This document shows, one piece after another, positions 32,457-44,736 of a stretch of DNA of 64,000 bases. The notes under the pieces were generated by a model. That model made no database searches and was not told the origin of the DNA. It was given only the letters and a program-made list of their open reading frames with translations. Origin of the DNA: Mayamaea pseudoterrestris (Eukaryota); NCBI GenBank assembly GCA_027923505.1, contig BROI01000020.1, positions 248,001 to 312,000 of the forward strand. Reading direction: 5' to 3'. The position numbers and the translations under genes were made by a program. Numbering within the stretch: the first letter of the stretch is position 1; each line of letters begins with the position of its first letter.

Positions 32457-34259
32457 TTACACTGGTGTCCCCGTGCTATTGCTGAATCGGATGCGCTGGA
32501 TTTCATGGCTTCCCCACCGTGACTGGCTGCCTTGCTTCAACACGTTTCTGTTGCGCTCGTCGTACAAAATTTTAACCTCGGAAATGGGAGATGGCGACAC
32601 TTCGGCAGCGTTGGCAACTGCCGCTTGTCCCACGTTCAAGCCTTGCGTGATTCGCTCCATGAGCGTCATGCCTCCAACTCCGCCGTCAGCCCGAAGACCA
32701 TGATCTGCAGCTTGAATCTTGGCCAAGTCGTCGCTCGACACCGCTGACGCCTCGGTTGACGTTGACTGGATACGGGCAATCTCATCAGAACCCCATCGAG
32801 TGAGACCATTGATTGCAGCCATGATAACATTTTCATTTCGTTGCTGATAAGGACTCGCTTCTGCTGCTGCTGCTGCTGCTGCTGTTTCACTAGCAACAGC
32901 GGTATCAGTCGTCCCAGATACAATCGACGCTCCAATGTTCGCGTAACCCGCCTTGATTGGCGCAACACTTGCCGCGGCCACCGCCGCGGCACCCAAGTTT
33001 ACTCGCTCGCCCAGCGACAAGCCTCCAACACCACCATCAGCCCGCAGTCCATGATCCGCCGCGTCAACGGCAAAGTCAACTTGCGCCTGCGTTAGAGATA
33101 GTGGTGGAGTCGCTGCCAGCATTCGTCCTGATACCTTTTTGTAAGCTGGTACGCTCGCCTGGTTGGTTTGAATGCGACTCACTTCCTCCTCACCCCAACG
33201 AGTCTTGTCCTTGGTCGCCGCGTCCAATACGTTGCGGTTGCGTGCCGCATAGTAGGATTGCACGTTATGCACCAAGCCTTGCGCTAACGCACTGGCTCCA
33301 TTGGTGACACGCTCTCCCAGACTCAAGCCGGCGCGTAAACCATGGTCAGCGGCGTCAATCGCAGACGATACTTCATTATTGCTTTGCTCCATCGGCGCAA
33401 CTGCCTGGAGTAGATTGGCAGGTCGTGAAGGGGCAACCATTTTCTTGCCCTGCAGGCGTTGAATTTCCTCATCCATCCAGCGCGACTTGCCCTCGAGCCA
33501 GGCTGCCAAGACGTTTTTGTTGCGGCTCTGGTATTCCGGTAGCGACGCCGATGATGATACGAGTGATTCCTTTGCCGTTACGGCCTCCGGCGCCGCAACG
33601 CTCGACAAGCGCTCCACTTCCGCTTGTCCCCATCGCGACTTGTTGGCAGATGCGGATGCCTTGACGGCTTGGTTGCGGGACTCGTATAGAGTGGACGATG
33701 ACGACGAGTCACTTGCACTTGCAGGACTGACGAAGGTACTAGTAGTCGTCGTTGTCATTTCTGGATCACTCTTGACGGCAGCCGCAGTAAATTTCGCCAC
33801 GACGGCTCGCCGCGTTTCCTCCACGGCCCGAAACTTGGCCTCCGACGCCTTGACCACGTAGGTTGCCAAGAATTGCTGGTAGGAATGCACCAAGTCAATG
33901 AGCTGCTCCCTGGTCAGGCTCCATAGGTTGCTTTGCGCGGCCATTGATGCTCTGCTACTTGACTGCAGTTCATGCTCGAGTGCTGCAACTTTGGCGCGCA
34001 GCTGCTGGATTTCGTCACTCTTTTGGTTTTCCATCATTTTAATAGCCTTTAGTTTTTCCTCATGAGCCTTGACTAGATAGTTGCTGAGAATTTTAGCGCT
34101 GTCGTTTTCAAAAGGCGAGCTGCCGAGATGAAGCAATGTCGATGATGAAGCACCAGCAGCAGCACGAGTCAACTGCGACGACGAACTAAAAGCGGCAACG
34201 GTTGACGTTAACGAGCTGCCAGCCACCAAAGCGACGAACAAGGAGTTACAAAATCTCAT
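32457..34259 (-). CDS. Predicted plastid-targeted coiled-coil protein with two types of internal repeat
   Basis: Signal peptide ending VAA-F followed by a Ser-rich transit-like region; 5x Y..RN..V...(S/T)RW...E..R and 3x AADHGLRA...(S/T)L.ER. Confidence 0.8.
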   Translation of the reverse strand: MRFCNSLFVALVAGSSLTSTVAAFSSSSQLTRAAAGASSSTLLHLGSSPFENDSAKILSNYLVKAHEEKLKAIKMMENQKSDEIQQLRAKVAALEHELQSSSRASMAAQSNLWSLTREQLIDLVHSYQQFLATYVVKASEAKFRAVEETRRAVVAKFTAAAVKSDPEMTTTTTSTFVSPASASDSSSSSTLYESRNQAVKASASANKSRWGQAEVERLSSVAAPEAVTAKESLVSSSASLPEYQSRNKNVLAAWLEGKSRWMDEEIQRLQGKKMVAPSRPANLLQAVAPMEQSNNEVSSAIDAADHGLRAGLSLGERVTNGASALAQGLVHNVQSYYAARNRNVLDAATKDKTRWGEEEVSRIQTNQASVPAYKKVSGRMLAATPPLSLTQAQVDFAVDAADHGLRADGGVGGLSLGERVNLGAAAVAAASVAPIKAGYANIGASIVSGTTDTAVASETAAAAAAAEASPYQQRNENVIMAAINGLTRWGSDEIARIQSTSTEASAVSSDDLAKIQAADHGLRADGGVGGMTLMERITQGLNVGQAAVANAAEVSPSPISEVKILYDERNRNVLKQGSQSRWGSHEIQRIRFSNSTGTPV

Positions 34260-34507
34260 TCTCTATTATTTGATATACGATAAGATGTAGACGCCTATTG
34301 GAGAAGCGAGCAAAGAGTCGAGAAGGATGTGTGTGAAATCAAACTTCCCGGCTTCGAGTGGTTCAAACGACTTTTTGAACGTCGATGGGGCGTCACGCAG
34401 AAGTCGTACCGGTACTGGCTGGTAAAAGTCGTACCGGCACTGAAAACCCCAATGCCGCGCCGCGCCGCGCGCAGCAACCACAAACATCGTCGTCGCCTAC
34501 TTTTACC

Positions 34508-36014
<1,507 letters not shown>

Positions 36015-36313
36015 GGCTAGAATCGCTTTTTGAAAAATATATAGACGTTGACTGCATGATTTAACTTTTATTGCAATACATCCTAGTCACCATCGTCTTC
36101 GTTGTCACCTGCTTCTTTGACATACCGGTAGCTACTGTCGTCCACTGTCCTCAACTGATCGTAGCGGTACTAAAGGGATAACAAACTTCCGTCGTAACGG
36201 GACTTGGAAGGATGTGAACGCAACACACTGCCTCCCTCCAATTTTATAAGCATCTTGGCGAAAGGCATTCTAGTTACAAAGAGCTCTCCCTGGTGTAACA
36301 ATAGACTCACATA

Positions 36314-37729
36314 ATGGGACGAAAAAAGACCGCCAAGAAGCGCAAGGTTGAAGAAGGGGCAGACGCGGAGGACGATGACAATGACGATTTGTTTGCCACG
36401 GACGATCAGGAGCGAGGTGACTCGCACAACAATCAAGTAGTACTACCAGCGAACGCATTGTCCAACGATAACGCAATAGACAAGCAACTAGTGAACGCTA
36501 ACGTAGCGCCAAAGTTACAAACCAAAGCGCCCAGTAACTACTCCGTCAAGACTCATTCCGCCGAAGTCTTTGACACGGACATTTACGTCTCCAGTGGATC
36601 CGAAGATGAGGACGACGACAATGACGAAAACATTGACATTCTATTGCTGGGATCACGCATGGGAATCATGCGCCGGGGCATTTCCATGCTCGTGCAGCAA
36701 CAGAATCGTCAGTGGGTGCGTCCGCAAGACAAGATGACTGGCAATGACGATGGCGACGGCAATGCAACAATAATGGACGCACAAGTCTTTTCGGAGGAGC
36801 AGCGACTGCTGGATGAACTCGCCAATTTGGATCCCGCCCAACGAGCCGCTCGTCTGCTGCAGGAGAAGCAGCGCAAGTTGGAGCAGGCCAAGGAACTGGC
36901 GCGCCGGTTGGAGAGCGAGGAGAACGCCGGACGCGAGCCGTCACTCTTCTCCAAGCGCACCGCCTTTGACATTCGGTTCGATCAACTGGAGGACAAGCCG
37001 TGGGAGCGAGGTGCTGGTGATGTGACGGATTTTTTCAACTATGGATTGACGGAGGAGGAGTGGCTGGAATATGGTCAGCAGCAGCTGGCGATTCGGCAGG
37101 AGCTCATGGACGCGCATTGGGAAAAGCGAGCGATTGATCCAAATATTGTTCCAGTCGTGCCCAAGAAGGCAGTTTTGGTGAGTTCACAAGAGGCTTCCAC
37201 AAATGCGACGGAGGGAGATGAACAAGGTGCACATCAGGAACAGGGACCAATTGTTTCGAACGAAGTAAAACAGGAAATTTCGACTTCGGTGGCTATCGTT
37301 TCGGATCTTAGTGAGGAGGAGAAACAAAAATACTACAACATTGACGTTGGCTTTCTTGGAGCGTGGGGCGCTGGCAATGCGTCCGACCAAAAGCTCATTC
37401 AGCTCATGGAGGAGCAGGAACGGTACCGCTCTGGTGCTGATATGCAAAACTACATGGATGATGCTTCCATGGAGGATGGCCATGGCCACCAAGAATATGA
37501 TTCGTACGGACGAAATGATCGCAACTGGTCGGATGACGGGCGTGGCCTCCCACCGCCACCGCCACCTCCTCCGCCGCCGCCTCCGCCGCAAGGCTTTCGT
37601 GGTCGCGGGTTTGCAGGTCGACATTACGATCATCCTGGCAGGGGCGGGCGCGGAGGAAATTTTCAGCATTGGGACGGAGGAAGAGGCGGTGGCAGTCGCC
37701 AGTATGAAGGACGAGGAGGTTGGCGATAG
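36314..37729 (+). CDS. FIP1: Pre-mRNA 3'-end processing factor Fip1
   Basis: Fip1 motif LEDKPWERGAGDVTDFFNYGLTEEEWLEY; Pro/RGG-rich tail. Confidence 0.85.
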   Translation: MGRKKTAKKRKVEEGADAEDDDNDDLFATDDQERGDSHNNQVVLPANALSNDNAIDKQLVNANVAPKLQTKAPSNYSVKTHSAEVFDTDIYVSSGSEDEDDDNDENIDILLLGSRMGIMRRGISMLVQQQNRQWVRPQDKMTGNDDGDGNATIMDAQVFSEEQRLLDELANLDPAQRAARLLQEKQRKLEQAKELARRLESEENAGREPSLFSKRTAFDIRFDQLEDKPWERGAGDVTDFFNYGLTEEEWLEYGQQQLAIRQELMDAHWEKRAIDPNIVPVVPKKAVLVSSQEASTNATEGDEQGAHQEQGPIVSNEVKQEISTSVAIVSDLSEEEKQKYYNIDVGFLGAWGAGNASDQKLIQLMEEQERYRSGADMQNYMDDASMEDGHGHQEYDSYGRNDRNWSDDGRGLPPPPPPPPPPPPPQGFRGRGFAGRHYDHPGRGGRGGNFQHWDGGRGGGSRQYEGRGGWR

Positions 37730-38059
37730 CAATGGTAGCTTGTCACGATAGAATAATTTTTACATACTAAAAACCTCCCTTCAGCTACCTACTTTTGTCA
37801 TGCTGCCGGCTCGGCAGGACTTAGTGCTGCTGGAGGCTGCTCCTGTTGCAGATTCGCTCAGTCTGCCTTTATCAGGGCAACCTAGTCAAGCGCTAAATTA
37901 CCCGCGCTGACTTGTCGGAAATCGCTACATTTTTCCTACGACAGTCCTAGCAGACGTGACAATTCTATATGATTTTATAGCAAGCCAATGTTTCTGTCAT
38001 ATACAATTACGAAGTCTATTTACCAGTTCACCTAATTAAGTCTTCATTCCAGACGACGC

Positions 38060-40222
38060 TCACCATGAGAAGTATCCGTTCAGCTCGGCTTGATTAACTG
38101 GTCGCATATTTTGTTCCATTAAACATTGGATTGCAACGTTTTCATCCGATGACATGTAAATACCAGAAAGCATCGGCGGTGTACCCGAAGAATGGGACGA
38201 CAAAATTGAGCGTACAAATGGAGCAACGTCTAATGAATCGTTCGAGCTCCTCCAAGCCGGTGCTTGGCTGCTTGATAACAATACGCAACTCTTGATAAGG
38301 GCGAAGAGACGATACGGATCTCCATCCTCGGTCAGTTCCATGATTCGTTCCAAGAAACTCAGCTTTTTTGGCCACGCGACGACTTCTGCATCGCCGCTCG
38401 TAAATGTTCGCTCTGCGTAAGCCAGGGCACGGAATAGACCGCCTCCAGTATCATCCACCAGTCCCTTCAACTTTGCTTGCTCTCCTGTCCAAACGCGTCC
38501 TTGTGCAACCTTTTCGACATTTCTCATATTCATGTTGCGTCCACTGCTGACGACAGTTTTGAAGTCATGGTAGTAGCGATCAATGGTCGCCTCCATGGCG
38601 TTCTGCATCTTACGAGTCATTGGTTCCATGGACGAAAACATTCCAGCCAATTCTCCAGTTGAGATACTGTCCGTCGCGACTCCATACTGCTTGGCAAGAT
38701 TGGTCAAGTCGGCACGAATACCGTAGACTCCAATCGAACCAGTCAACGTCTTTGGTGATGCAAAGATGCGATGAGACTTGGCGCTAATGTAGTAGCCACC
38801 ACTGGCAGCAACGTTTCCAAAAGAAACGACAACTGGAAGGTGCAATTTCTGAAGCTCCTGCGAAATGGTTTCGCACGCAAAAATGCTACCGCCTGGACTG
38901 TCGACCCGCAAGACAATGGCCTTGGTATTCTCGTCGGTCCCGATTTGGCGCAATGAGTTGACAGTCTTACGCGCCAGTGCATCGCCTATAGCGCCTTGCA
39001 CATAGACAAGGGCAATCTTTTCCGTCCCAGGTTTCACCGCAACCCTTGAAAGCATGTTTCCGCGATAACTGTGAATATTCTTCCATTTCTTTTCCGCCTC
39101 TTTCTTCTTGTCAATCATCTTTTTGTAGGCTGTGAGACTTATGGCTTTTTGGGCGCCAAATCTAGCGACGCTCTCTCCATTAAGAATCAATGCATCTTTC
39201 GTCTCTTCATTGCTGACCTTCTCGGCCGCCTTGCCATTGAGAAGATTCAATAGTGGGTCGCTCGGTGTAAGATGGTCAACAAAGCCAGCCTTTAGCGCCG
39301 TTTCGGCTGCAAACCCACCAGACGACAGGATGCGCTTCCACAAGAGCTCATTACTCGCATGCTTGTGATTCTTCTTGACCCAGGCTGAGTAGAGCGAAGT
39401 GGCGCGAGACTCGGTAATGTCGTTGCAAACACTCGCTTGCAATGTGCCTAAAATGCTTGCCATGGCTTCGCGATGCGGCTTGTTAAAGCCAGTCTCGGTA
39501 AACATGTTTGGAGCATTCTTGTAGTCGCCGCGTTTAAAGACGTGCAGCTTGACGCCATACTTTTGCAAGGCATCTTTCAAAAAGGGCTGCGTCAAAATCA
39601 TTCCAAATAGATTGACTTCGCCCTTTTCCTGCATGCAAACATTCGTAAACATGCTCGCCAAGTAGTATTCCCTGTTTCCAGGATCCATCATGCCGTTGAA
39701 ATTGTCCGCGTAGGCAACTAGTTGCTTTGGCTCGTTGCGAGGAACCGTCATGTCTTCCACAAAGTGAATGTTGGGTTCCAAATGAACACGATGAGCCTCC
39801 TTGAACACCTTGAGTGCTTCGCGAATTTCCTCCAAGTCAGCCCAGCCTGCCATTGGAAGTAATGATCCATGTCCAAAGATTCCATAGAGTCCAACAATAT
39901 TTGGATCCGAAGCGGCATTATGAATGAGATCCACCAAATCTCGAGTTTCAATCTCAATGGGGCGCTCATCCTTGTCAATACTCAAAAGTCGGCCGCCCAT
40001 GAGATCCTGCTGAATCTGATCCTTCAATATCAAACGATGAAAGGGAATCACCAAAACCTTCTTCTTATCGTCTCCCTCCAAATTAGGAAAAAGAGCCTTG
40101 TATTGAACGTAGGATCCGGCGGCAGCGGCTGCGCCGACTACGGCCAAAGTCGTCTTGATCTTTCCTCCAACATTGCGAGCTAGTCGCATCAAGGGGCCCG
40201 AGGGAGTAGTAATCGTCGCCAT
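38060..40222 (-). CDS. sppA: Signal peptide peptidase SppA (protease IV, S49)
   Basis: GDYKNA, VLRVDSPGGS, SFGNVAASGGYYIS, TGSIGV and AQGRVWTGEQA. Confidence 0.9.
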   Translation of the reverse strand: MATITTPSGPLMRLARNVGGKIKTTLAVVGAAAAAGSYVQYKALFPNLEGDDKKKVLVIPFHRLILKDQIQQDLMGGRLLSIDKDERPIEIETRDLVDLIHNAASDPNIVGLYGIFGHGSLLPMAGWADLEEIREALKVFKEAHRVHLEPNIHFVEDMTVPRNEPKQLVAYADNFNGMMDPGNREYYLASMFTNVCMQEKGEVNLFGMILTQPFLKDALQKYGVKLHVFKRGDYKNAPNMFTETGFNKPHREAMASILGTLQASVCNDITESRATSLYSAWVKKNHKHASNELLWKRILSSGGFAAETALKAGFVDHLTPSDPLLNLLNGKAAEKVSNEETKDALILNGESVARFGAQKAISLTAYKKMIDKKKEAEKKWKNIHSYRGNMLSRVAVKPGTEKIALVYVQGAIGDALARKTVNSLRQIGTDENTKAIVLRVDSPGGSIFACETISQELQKLHLPVVVSFGNVAASGGYYISAKSHRIFASPKTLTGSIGVYGIRADLTNLAKQYGVATDSISTGELAGMFSSMEPMTRKMQNAMEATIDRYYHDFKTVVSSGRNMNMRNVEKVAQGRVWTGEQAKLKGLVDDTGGGLFRALAYAERTFTSGDAEVVAWPKKLSFLERIMELTEDGDPYRLFALIKSCVLLSSSQAPAWRSSNDSLDVAPFVRSILSSHSSGTPPMLSGIYMSSDENVAIQCLMEQNMRPVNQAELNGYFSW

Positions 40223-40502
40223 ATATGCGGTGCAAAAAGATACGCAACGAGAAGGCTGTGGAGCCGAAATTGGGCTTGGCGAGAAACGCAGGAGCGTCGA
40301 GTGAGCTCGCGATCTTCGTCGTTCCATGTTCCGTGTCGCACCTCATCCAAACGATGACGTGTCGAGTACCGATGTTAGCTATCCCAACCAAGATGGGTAC
40401 GGAACCGACGATGAGTATATTTGATGTGGCTGTATTCTTTCAACCAGAAAAAGCAAGAAGCCTACAACTACACTAAGTATAGTGACGCCCATTGTCTGTC
40501 TA

Positions 40503-41699
40503 CTAGGCTCTGGTATTCAAGTAGCAAAAGAGAAACAATAGACACCAAAGCAACGGTCGCTTGAGAATCTTTTGCACCGTTGCCACCAAGAGCGAAGGCT
40601 CCGGAGCGGGTCGCACGCGAAGAGTTTGATGATCGGAACGTTGCAAAGGCGGTCTCTTGGTGTTGATAAAAACTGGTGCTGCTGGTGCTGCTGGTGCAGC
40701 TTGCTTCCTTTTTCTCTTCTTCGGCGGCTGAATGTTGCTCGCTAATAGAGCGTCAGCGTCAAAGTTACTGCTAGAGGAGACCTTGACAGCTTGCGCATGC
40801 TTCACAGCCTCCTCTACATTGTCAGAAGAGTCTGACAAAACCATGTCAGGTTTACGATTGTTTCGCGATGTATCCATACCACGAATAAGTTCAATCTCTT
40901 CATTGTCCTCCAGCAAGTCTGCGAATAAACCCTGCTGAATCATCTTGGCATGATCTATCGACACAATGTTTTGTCGATTGATTGGTATTTGACAGAAAAA
41001 ACTTCGGCTTGCCTTGGCATGTTCCAATTTTGCTTCGTACGGCTCATTGGTACCACCAATCTCCAGCGCATGCGTCACAAAGTGCAACCGCAGTGCCTCT
41101 ATAATGGTTCGAATCGTCCAGTTACTGGTCCAAAGTTCCTCATGATAGTTGCTTGCCGTCAAGCAAATGTCCGTTCGCGTGTGAAACCGTCCACTCGCCG
41201 TCCAAACTTGCACTCGCGGAGGAGACGCTGGATAATTGTCCGGCAATACGAGTCGACCATGGTACAAGCCATTGGCATACGGACTACCAGGGAGACCAAC
41301 CATTGTAAAGTGCCAAACTAGCAGTGATGAATGTATAGGGCCAATCCAGACGTGCTGCTTTTGCTGAAACTTGATGGGCTTTCCTTCCTTCCAATTATAG
41401 GCCGTTCCGGATGCAACAATATCCTTCCATTCTCGCTCGATGCGGCGGAGTGTATCTGATTTAGATGAAACTTTTCTACTTGGTTTTGCAACAGTCTTTT
41501 TCTTTCTCTTGACATCGTCTGCATGGTCGCCCATTTTATCTTCCACACGAGTAGTTGTTGCGTTTAGCAAATTTGCCGGCGCGACGGACAAGCTTGATGA
41601 GCGCTTTGTTGACGCAGACAAACCAATAAAACTAAGTCCAAGCATGACTAGTAACGCTATCTGCCTTGTCAGCCGCATTTTACAAGCCATTGGAGACAA
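40503..41699 (-). CDS. Ubc6/UBE2J-like E2 ubiquitin-conjugating enzyme with N-terminal signal peptide and C-terminal hydrophobic tail
   Basis: WHFTMVG.PGSPYANGLYHG...YPASPP...SGRF...ICLTASNYH (catalytic Cys present). Confidence 0.82.
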   Translation of the reverse strand: MSPMACKMRLTRQIALLVMLGLSFIGLSASTKRSSSLSVAPANLLNATTTRVEDKMGDHADDVKRKKKTVAKPSRKVSSKSDTLRRIEREWKDIVASGTAYNWKEGKPIKFQQKQHVWIGPIHSSLLVWHFTMVGLPGSPYANGLYHGRLVLPDNYPASPPRVQVWTASGRFHTRTDICLTASNYHEELWTSNWTIRTIIEALRLHFVTHALEIGGTNEPYEAKLEHAKASRSFFCQIPINRQNIVSIDHAKMIQQGLFADLLEDNEEIELIRGMDTSRNNRKPDMVLSDSSDNVEEAVKHAQAVKVSSSSNFDADALLASNIQPPKKRKRKQAAPAAPAAPVFINTKRPPLQRSDHQTLRVRPAPEPSLLVATVQKILKRPLLWCLLFLFCYLNTRA

Positions 41700-41862
41700 A
41701 GAGGGTCTGGGAAAGTGAAGCAGTCAGAGGCAGTTTTCGTTTTCCGTCATGGTCAAGCTTTCGATGGACACGTGGAGGTGTCGTACCGCGACACAACAAG
41801 TAACGATGCGACTGTGACAGTCAGAGTAACGCCGCAACGTTCACTGCATTTCGTCCTCAAAA

Positions 41863-44625
41863 ATGTCTCGCTGGGACGCCCTCAAGCCGGATAACACGAA
41901 AGAGAGACGTAATAACAGTAGAAGCAAGCAGTACAATCAACGAAACAACGGAGTGGAGCGACATCGTGTCAAGAGTAGTGACGAAGCCTCGTCGACGCTT
42001 GTCGATGATTGCTTTAACTTGCGAAAGCAGTGCCTCGCTCCAAGCAGGGACGACAAGACGGTAATAAGTCTTTCAAAAGCATTGAATAATGTTTTTGACC
42101 AGATACCAGTCAGTCAAGTCGCAAACTTGTTTGTGGAAGAAGCTATTCTGAATGAGCTATCGAGTCCGGACGCATCACAGGAGGTACATCTCGGTTTGCT
42201 TCAAACAATCCAAAAGCTGCTACTGTCTCCCAGTCATGCATCAGCGATCATGTCTCCAATAGTAGAAGACGTTTCTGCAAAAGGGAAGGAACAATTGCAA
42301 GTTAATCCAATTCGCATCCAGCTATTTCAAGCGTTGCAGCAAAGATTGCTGAGCGAAAACAATGATTCCTTTCTCGTCAAGAATTCAGCAAGCGAGACTT
42401 TAACCATGGCTTTAAAGTTTGCCTACAAGATTGAGCAGACCAGGAAGCATGCGGGAGCTTCGAATTTGGACGTGGAGCCGTCGAACTTGCAAATTTACCT
42501 TACCAAGTGGCTTCCTAAATTAGAGACCAAGCTCATTGCTCTGCAATTGCTACGAGCATTCTTGACGAGACATCCCTACGCTGCTCCCAGTTTGGCCATG
42601 TCATTGCTAGCCTCTACTTGTCATGCAACCAACGCTTGCTGTCGTTACTGTGGCTACGCTCGCAACTCCATTTTGTTGGATTGTTTCCATGATGACCAGG
42701 CAACTGATCGAAATGCTTCCGCCGCATGCGCCATGGAATGCACAGTTTTGTTGCTACGCAACATACCTCTTGATTTGTGGATGTCCACTTCAAGTAGCTC
42801 ATATCGATCGACTCTTAACTTTCATAGTCGCGTCGCGAGTGTGCTGGAGAATGTAATCAGCGTGACGAAATGCAGACTACATTTGCACGGCGATATCACG
42901 GACTCGACGAAGACGCTGACAATTTGCATTCTTGCGGTTATCCCCTTCCAGCACGCGAGCAGCGTTCTAAATCTTGCTGTAGAGTTGGTGGAGGTTTTGA
43001 CCCGTTGGATTGATGGGTCAAACGCACGCCAAACCTTTGCATTCGACGGTCTCGTCAGTGCGGCTGGTGGTTCCATCACCCCCCAGGGCGAGCTCGTACC
43101 CATGAGTCAAGCGCTGCGCACTTGGCTTGATACACACAAGGGAAAGAAGCTCTTGGTTCAACTGCTGTCTGGCTTGAAGCGTCCCGATGCGCCGGCGAAG
43201 CATTTTCGTTTGGTTGGAGTATTCCTGCGATCGCATCCTGCTCTAGTGACGAGTGAACTGGCGAATGCATCTGCATTCACCGATTGCGTGCAACACATCT
43301 TATTTAACGCGAACGCAAAATCGGCATCACTGGTCTTATGCATGGAGATGCTGCAGGGACTCCTGCGAGGAAGACACGATTATCCTGGCGAATTAAACGA
43401 TTGTTTTGACGTTGTTCCATTCGAACCGTGCGTATTCAAAATGATCTGTAACGCGGACGACTCAGTTATACAAGCTGCTTGTGATACTTATAGCTATTTC
43501 CTGCCATCCGATTGGGAACGATTGCATAAAAACGGGCATGCAAAACACTGCATCGAGATCTTTCAACGAATAGTCGATGTTTGCGAGTGCCGGCGTGGGC
43601 ACAAGGGCAAGTCGAACGCATGGAAATGTCTTGGTGACATGTGTACCAATTTCTTTCCTATTCAAGCGGAGTTTGATTTAGATGCGAGAAAGACTGCACT
43701 TGACATTGTCGCTCCAAGCATTTGTCGTGCAGCTTCGGGTGCAGAAATTGAACCTATGGTGCTGTTCGCTCTTGGTAATCTAGTGACAGCACTCAAGGAT
43801 TCATCGCTTTCCAATGTAATCGACGCTTCCATGCTTCATGAATTTGGACGAATAATTATGAACGGACTCATCGATCATGACGACAAGGTGGTGTCCAATT
43901 CGATCCGCGCGATTGGTCACTTCTTTTCTTCGTCACAACGCTGCAAACAACATACCACTCTTTTTAATGACGCATTTTTATGTCTTGCAGGCCGAATTGA
44001 TGCAGCAGTGGCTATGTCTACAGCGGATAGATCATCATTGACCTGGAAACAAAGATCAGCCACCAACAAACTGGCTTGGGGAGCTGCTAACGCACTCAAG
44101 GTCATGTTTAGTGCTAGCTTTCAAGTGGACTCTGCTATCATTGATCCCGTTATTTTTGATGCTCTAGTATCATGTGTGGAGCAATCGAGTCTATTAAATG
44201 ATAAGGTGGCTTGTTGCGCTACCAGCGCACTTCGAAATGTCAATTTCGCCGTTGTATCACCTAATTTAACGAAAAAAGATCTGGTTGCTCGATGCCTTGC
44301 CGCATGCATCGCGTCCCTTTTCACAAACTACAGCGAGAAGCTGAATCACAAGCTACACGAAGAACTGGAGCTGCTCTTGGAGCAATTGATCTACAACGGC
44401 TCGAGCTCAGACCTGTCAATCGCGTTTGTGTCCCAGTCATGCGACTCAAGCCACCTTAAGACAATTTATGAGTGGATGCAACTCAAAGGTATGCCGGAGC
44501 AATGCTTTAGAAAGGTATTGTCTGCTATTCGACAGTCAGAGCTCGTATTTGATGTTGAGATTGAGCAACAGTTTGCACGGCATGCCTCGATCGATTTTTC
44601 CAGAGAGCTCGACGAAGAGATCTAG
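41863..44625 (+). CDS. HEAT/ARM repeat protein, HEATR6-like
   Basis: 920-aa helical ORF; FALGNL, DKVVSNSIRAIG, WGAANAL and DKVACCATSAL resemble the HEATR6 C-terminus. Confidence 0.6.
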   Translation: MSRWDALKPDNTKERRNNSRSKQYNQRNNGVERHRVKSSDEASSTLVDDCFNLRKQCLAPSRDDKTVISLSKALNNVFDQIPVSQVANLFVEEAILNELSSPDASQEVHLGLLQTIQKLLLSPSHASAIMSPIVEDVSAKGKEQLQVNPIRIQLFQALQQRLLSENNDSFLVKNSASETLTMALKFAYKIEQTRKHAGASNLDVEPSNLQIYLTKWLPKLETKLIALQLLRAFLTRHPYAAPSLAMSLLASTCHATNACCRYCGYARNSILLDCFHDDQATDRNASAACAMECTVLLLRNIPLDLWMSTSSSSYRSTLNFHSRVASVLENVISVTKCRLHLHGDITDSTKTLTICILAVIPFQHASSVLNLAVELVEVLTRWIDGSNARQTFAFDGLVSAAGGSITPQGELVPMSQALRTWLDTHKGKKLLVQLLSGLKRPDAPAKHFRLVGVFLRSHPALVTSELANASAFTDCVQHILFNANAKSASLVLCMEMLQGLLRGRHDYPGELNDCFDVVPFEPCVFKMICNADDSVIQAACDTYSYFLPSDWERLHKNGHAKHCIEIFQRIVDVCECRRGHKGKSNAWKCLGDMCTNFFPIQAEFDLDARKTALDIVAPSICRAASGAEIEPMVLFALGNLVTALKDSSLSNVIDASMLHEFGRIIMNGLIDHDDKVVSNSIRAIGHFFSSSQRCKQHTTLFNDAFLCLAGRIDAAVAMSTADRSSLTWKQRSATNKLAWGAANALKVMFSASFQVDSAIIDPVIFDALVSCVEQSSLLNDKVACCATSALRNVNFAVVSPNLTKKDLVARCLAACIASLFTNYSEKLNHKLHEELELLLEQLIYNGSSSDLSIAFVSQSCDSSHLKTIYEWMQLKGMPEQCFRKVLSAIRQSELVFDVEIEQQFARHASIDFSRELDEEI

Positions 44626-44736
44626 CGTCACGTTGATTACAACTTTACACATAGACTGCGATATAGTTCATAAAACATGCAATTTAAGCTTATAGTTAGA
44701 CTCACAGCAAGAGAGCGCAAAACCCTGATCCGTCAT

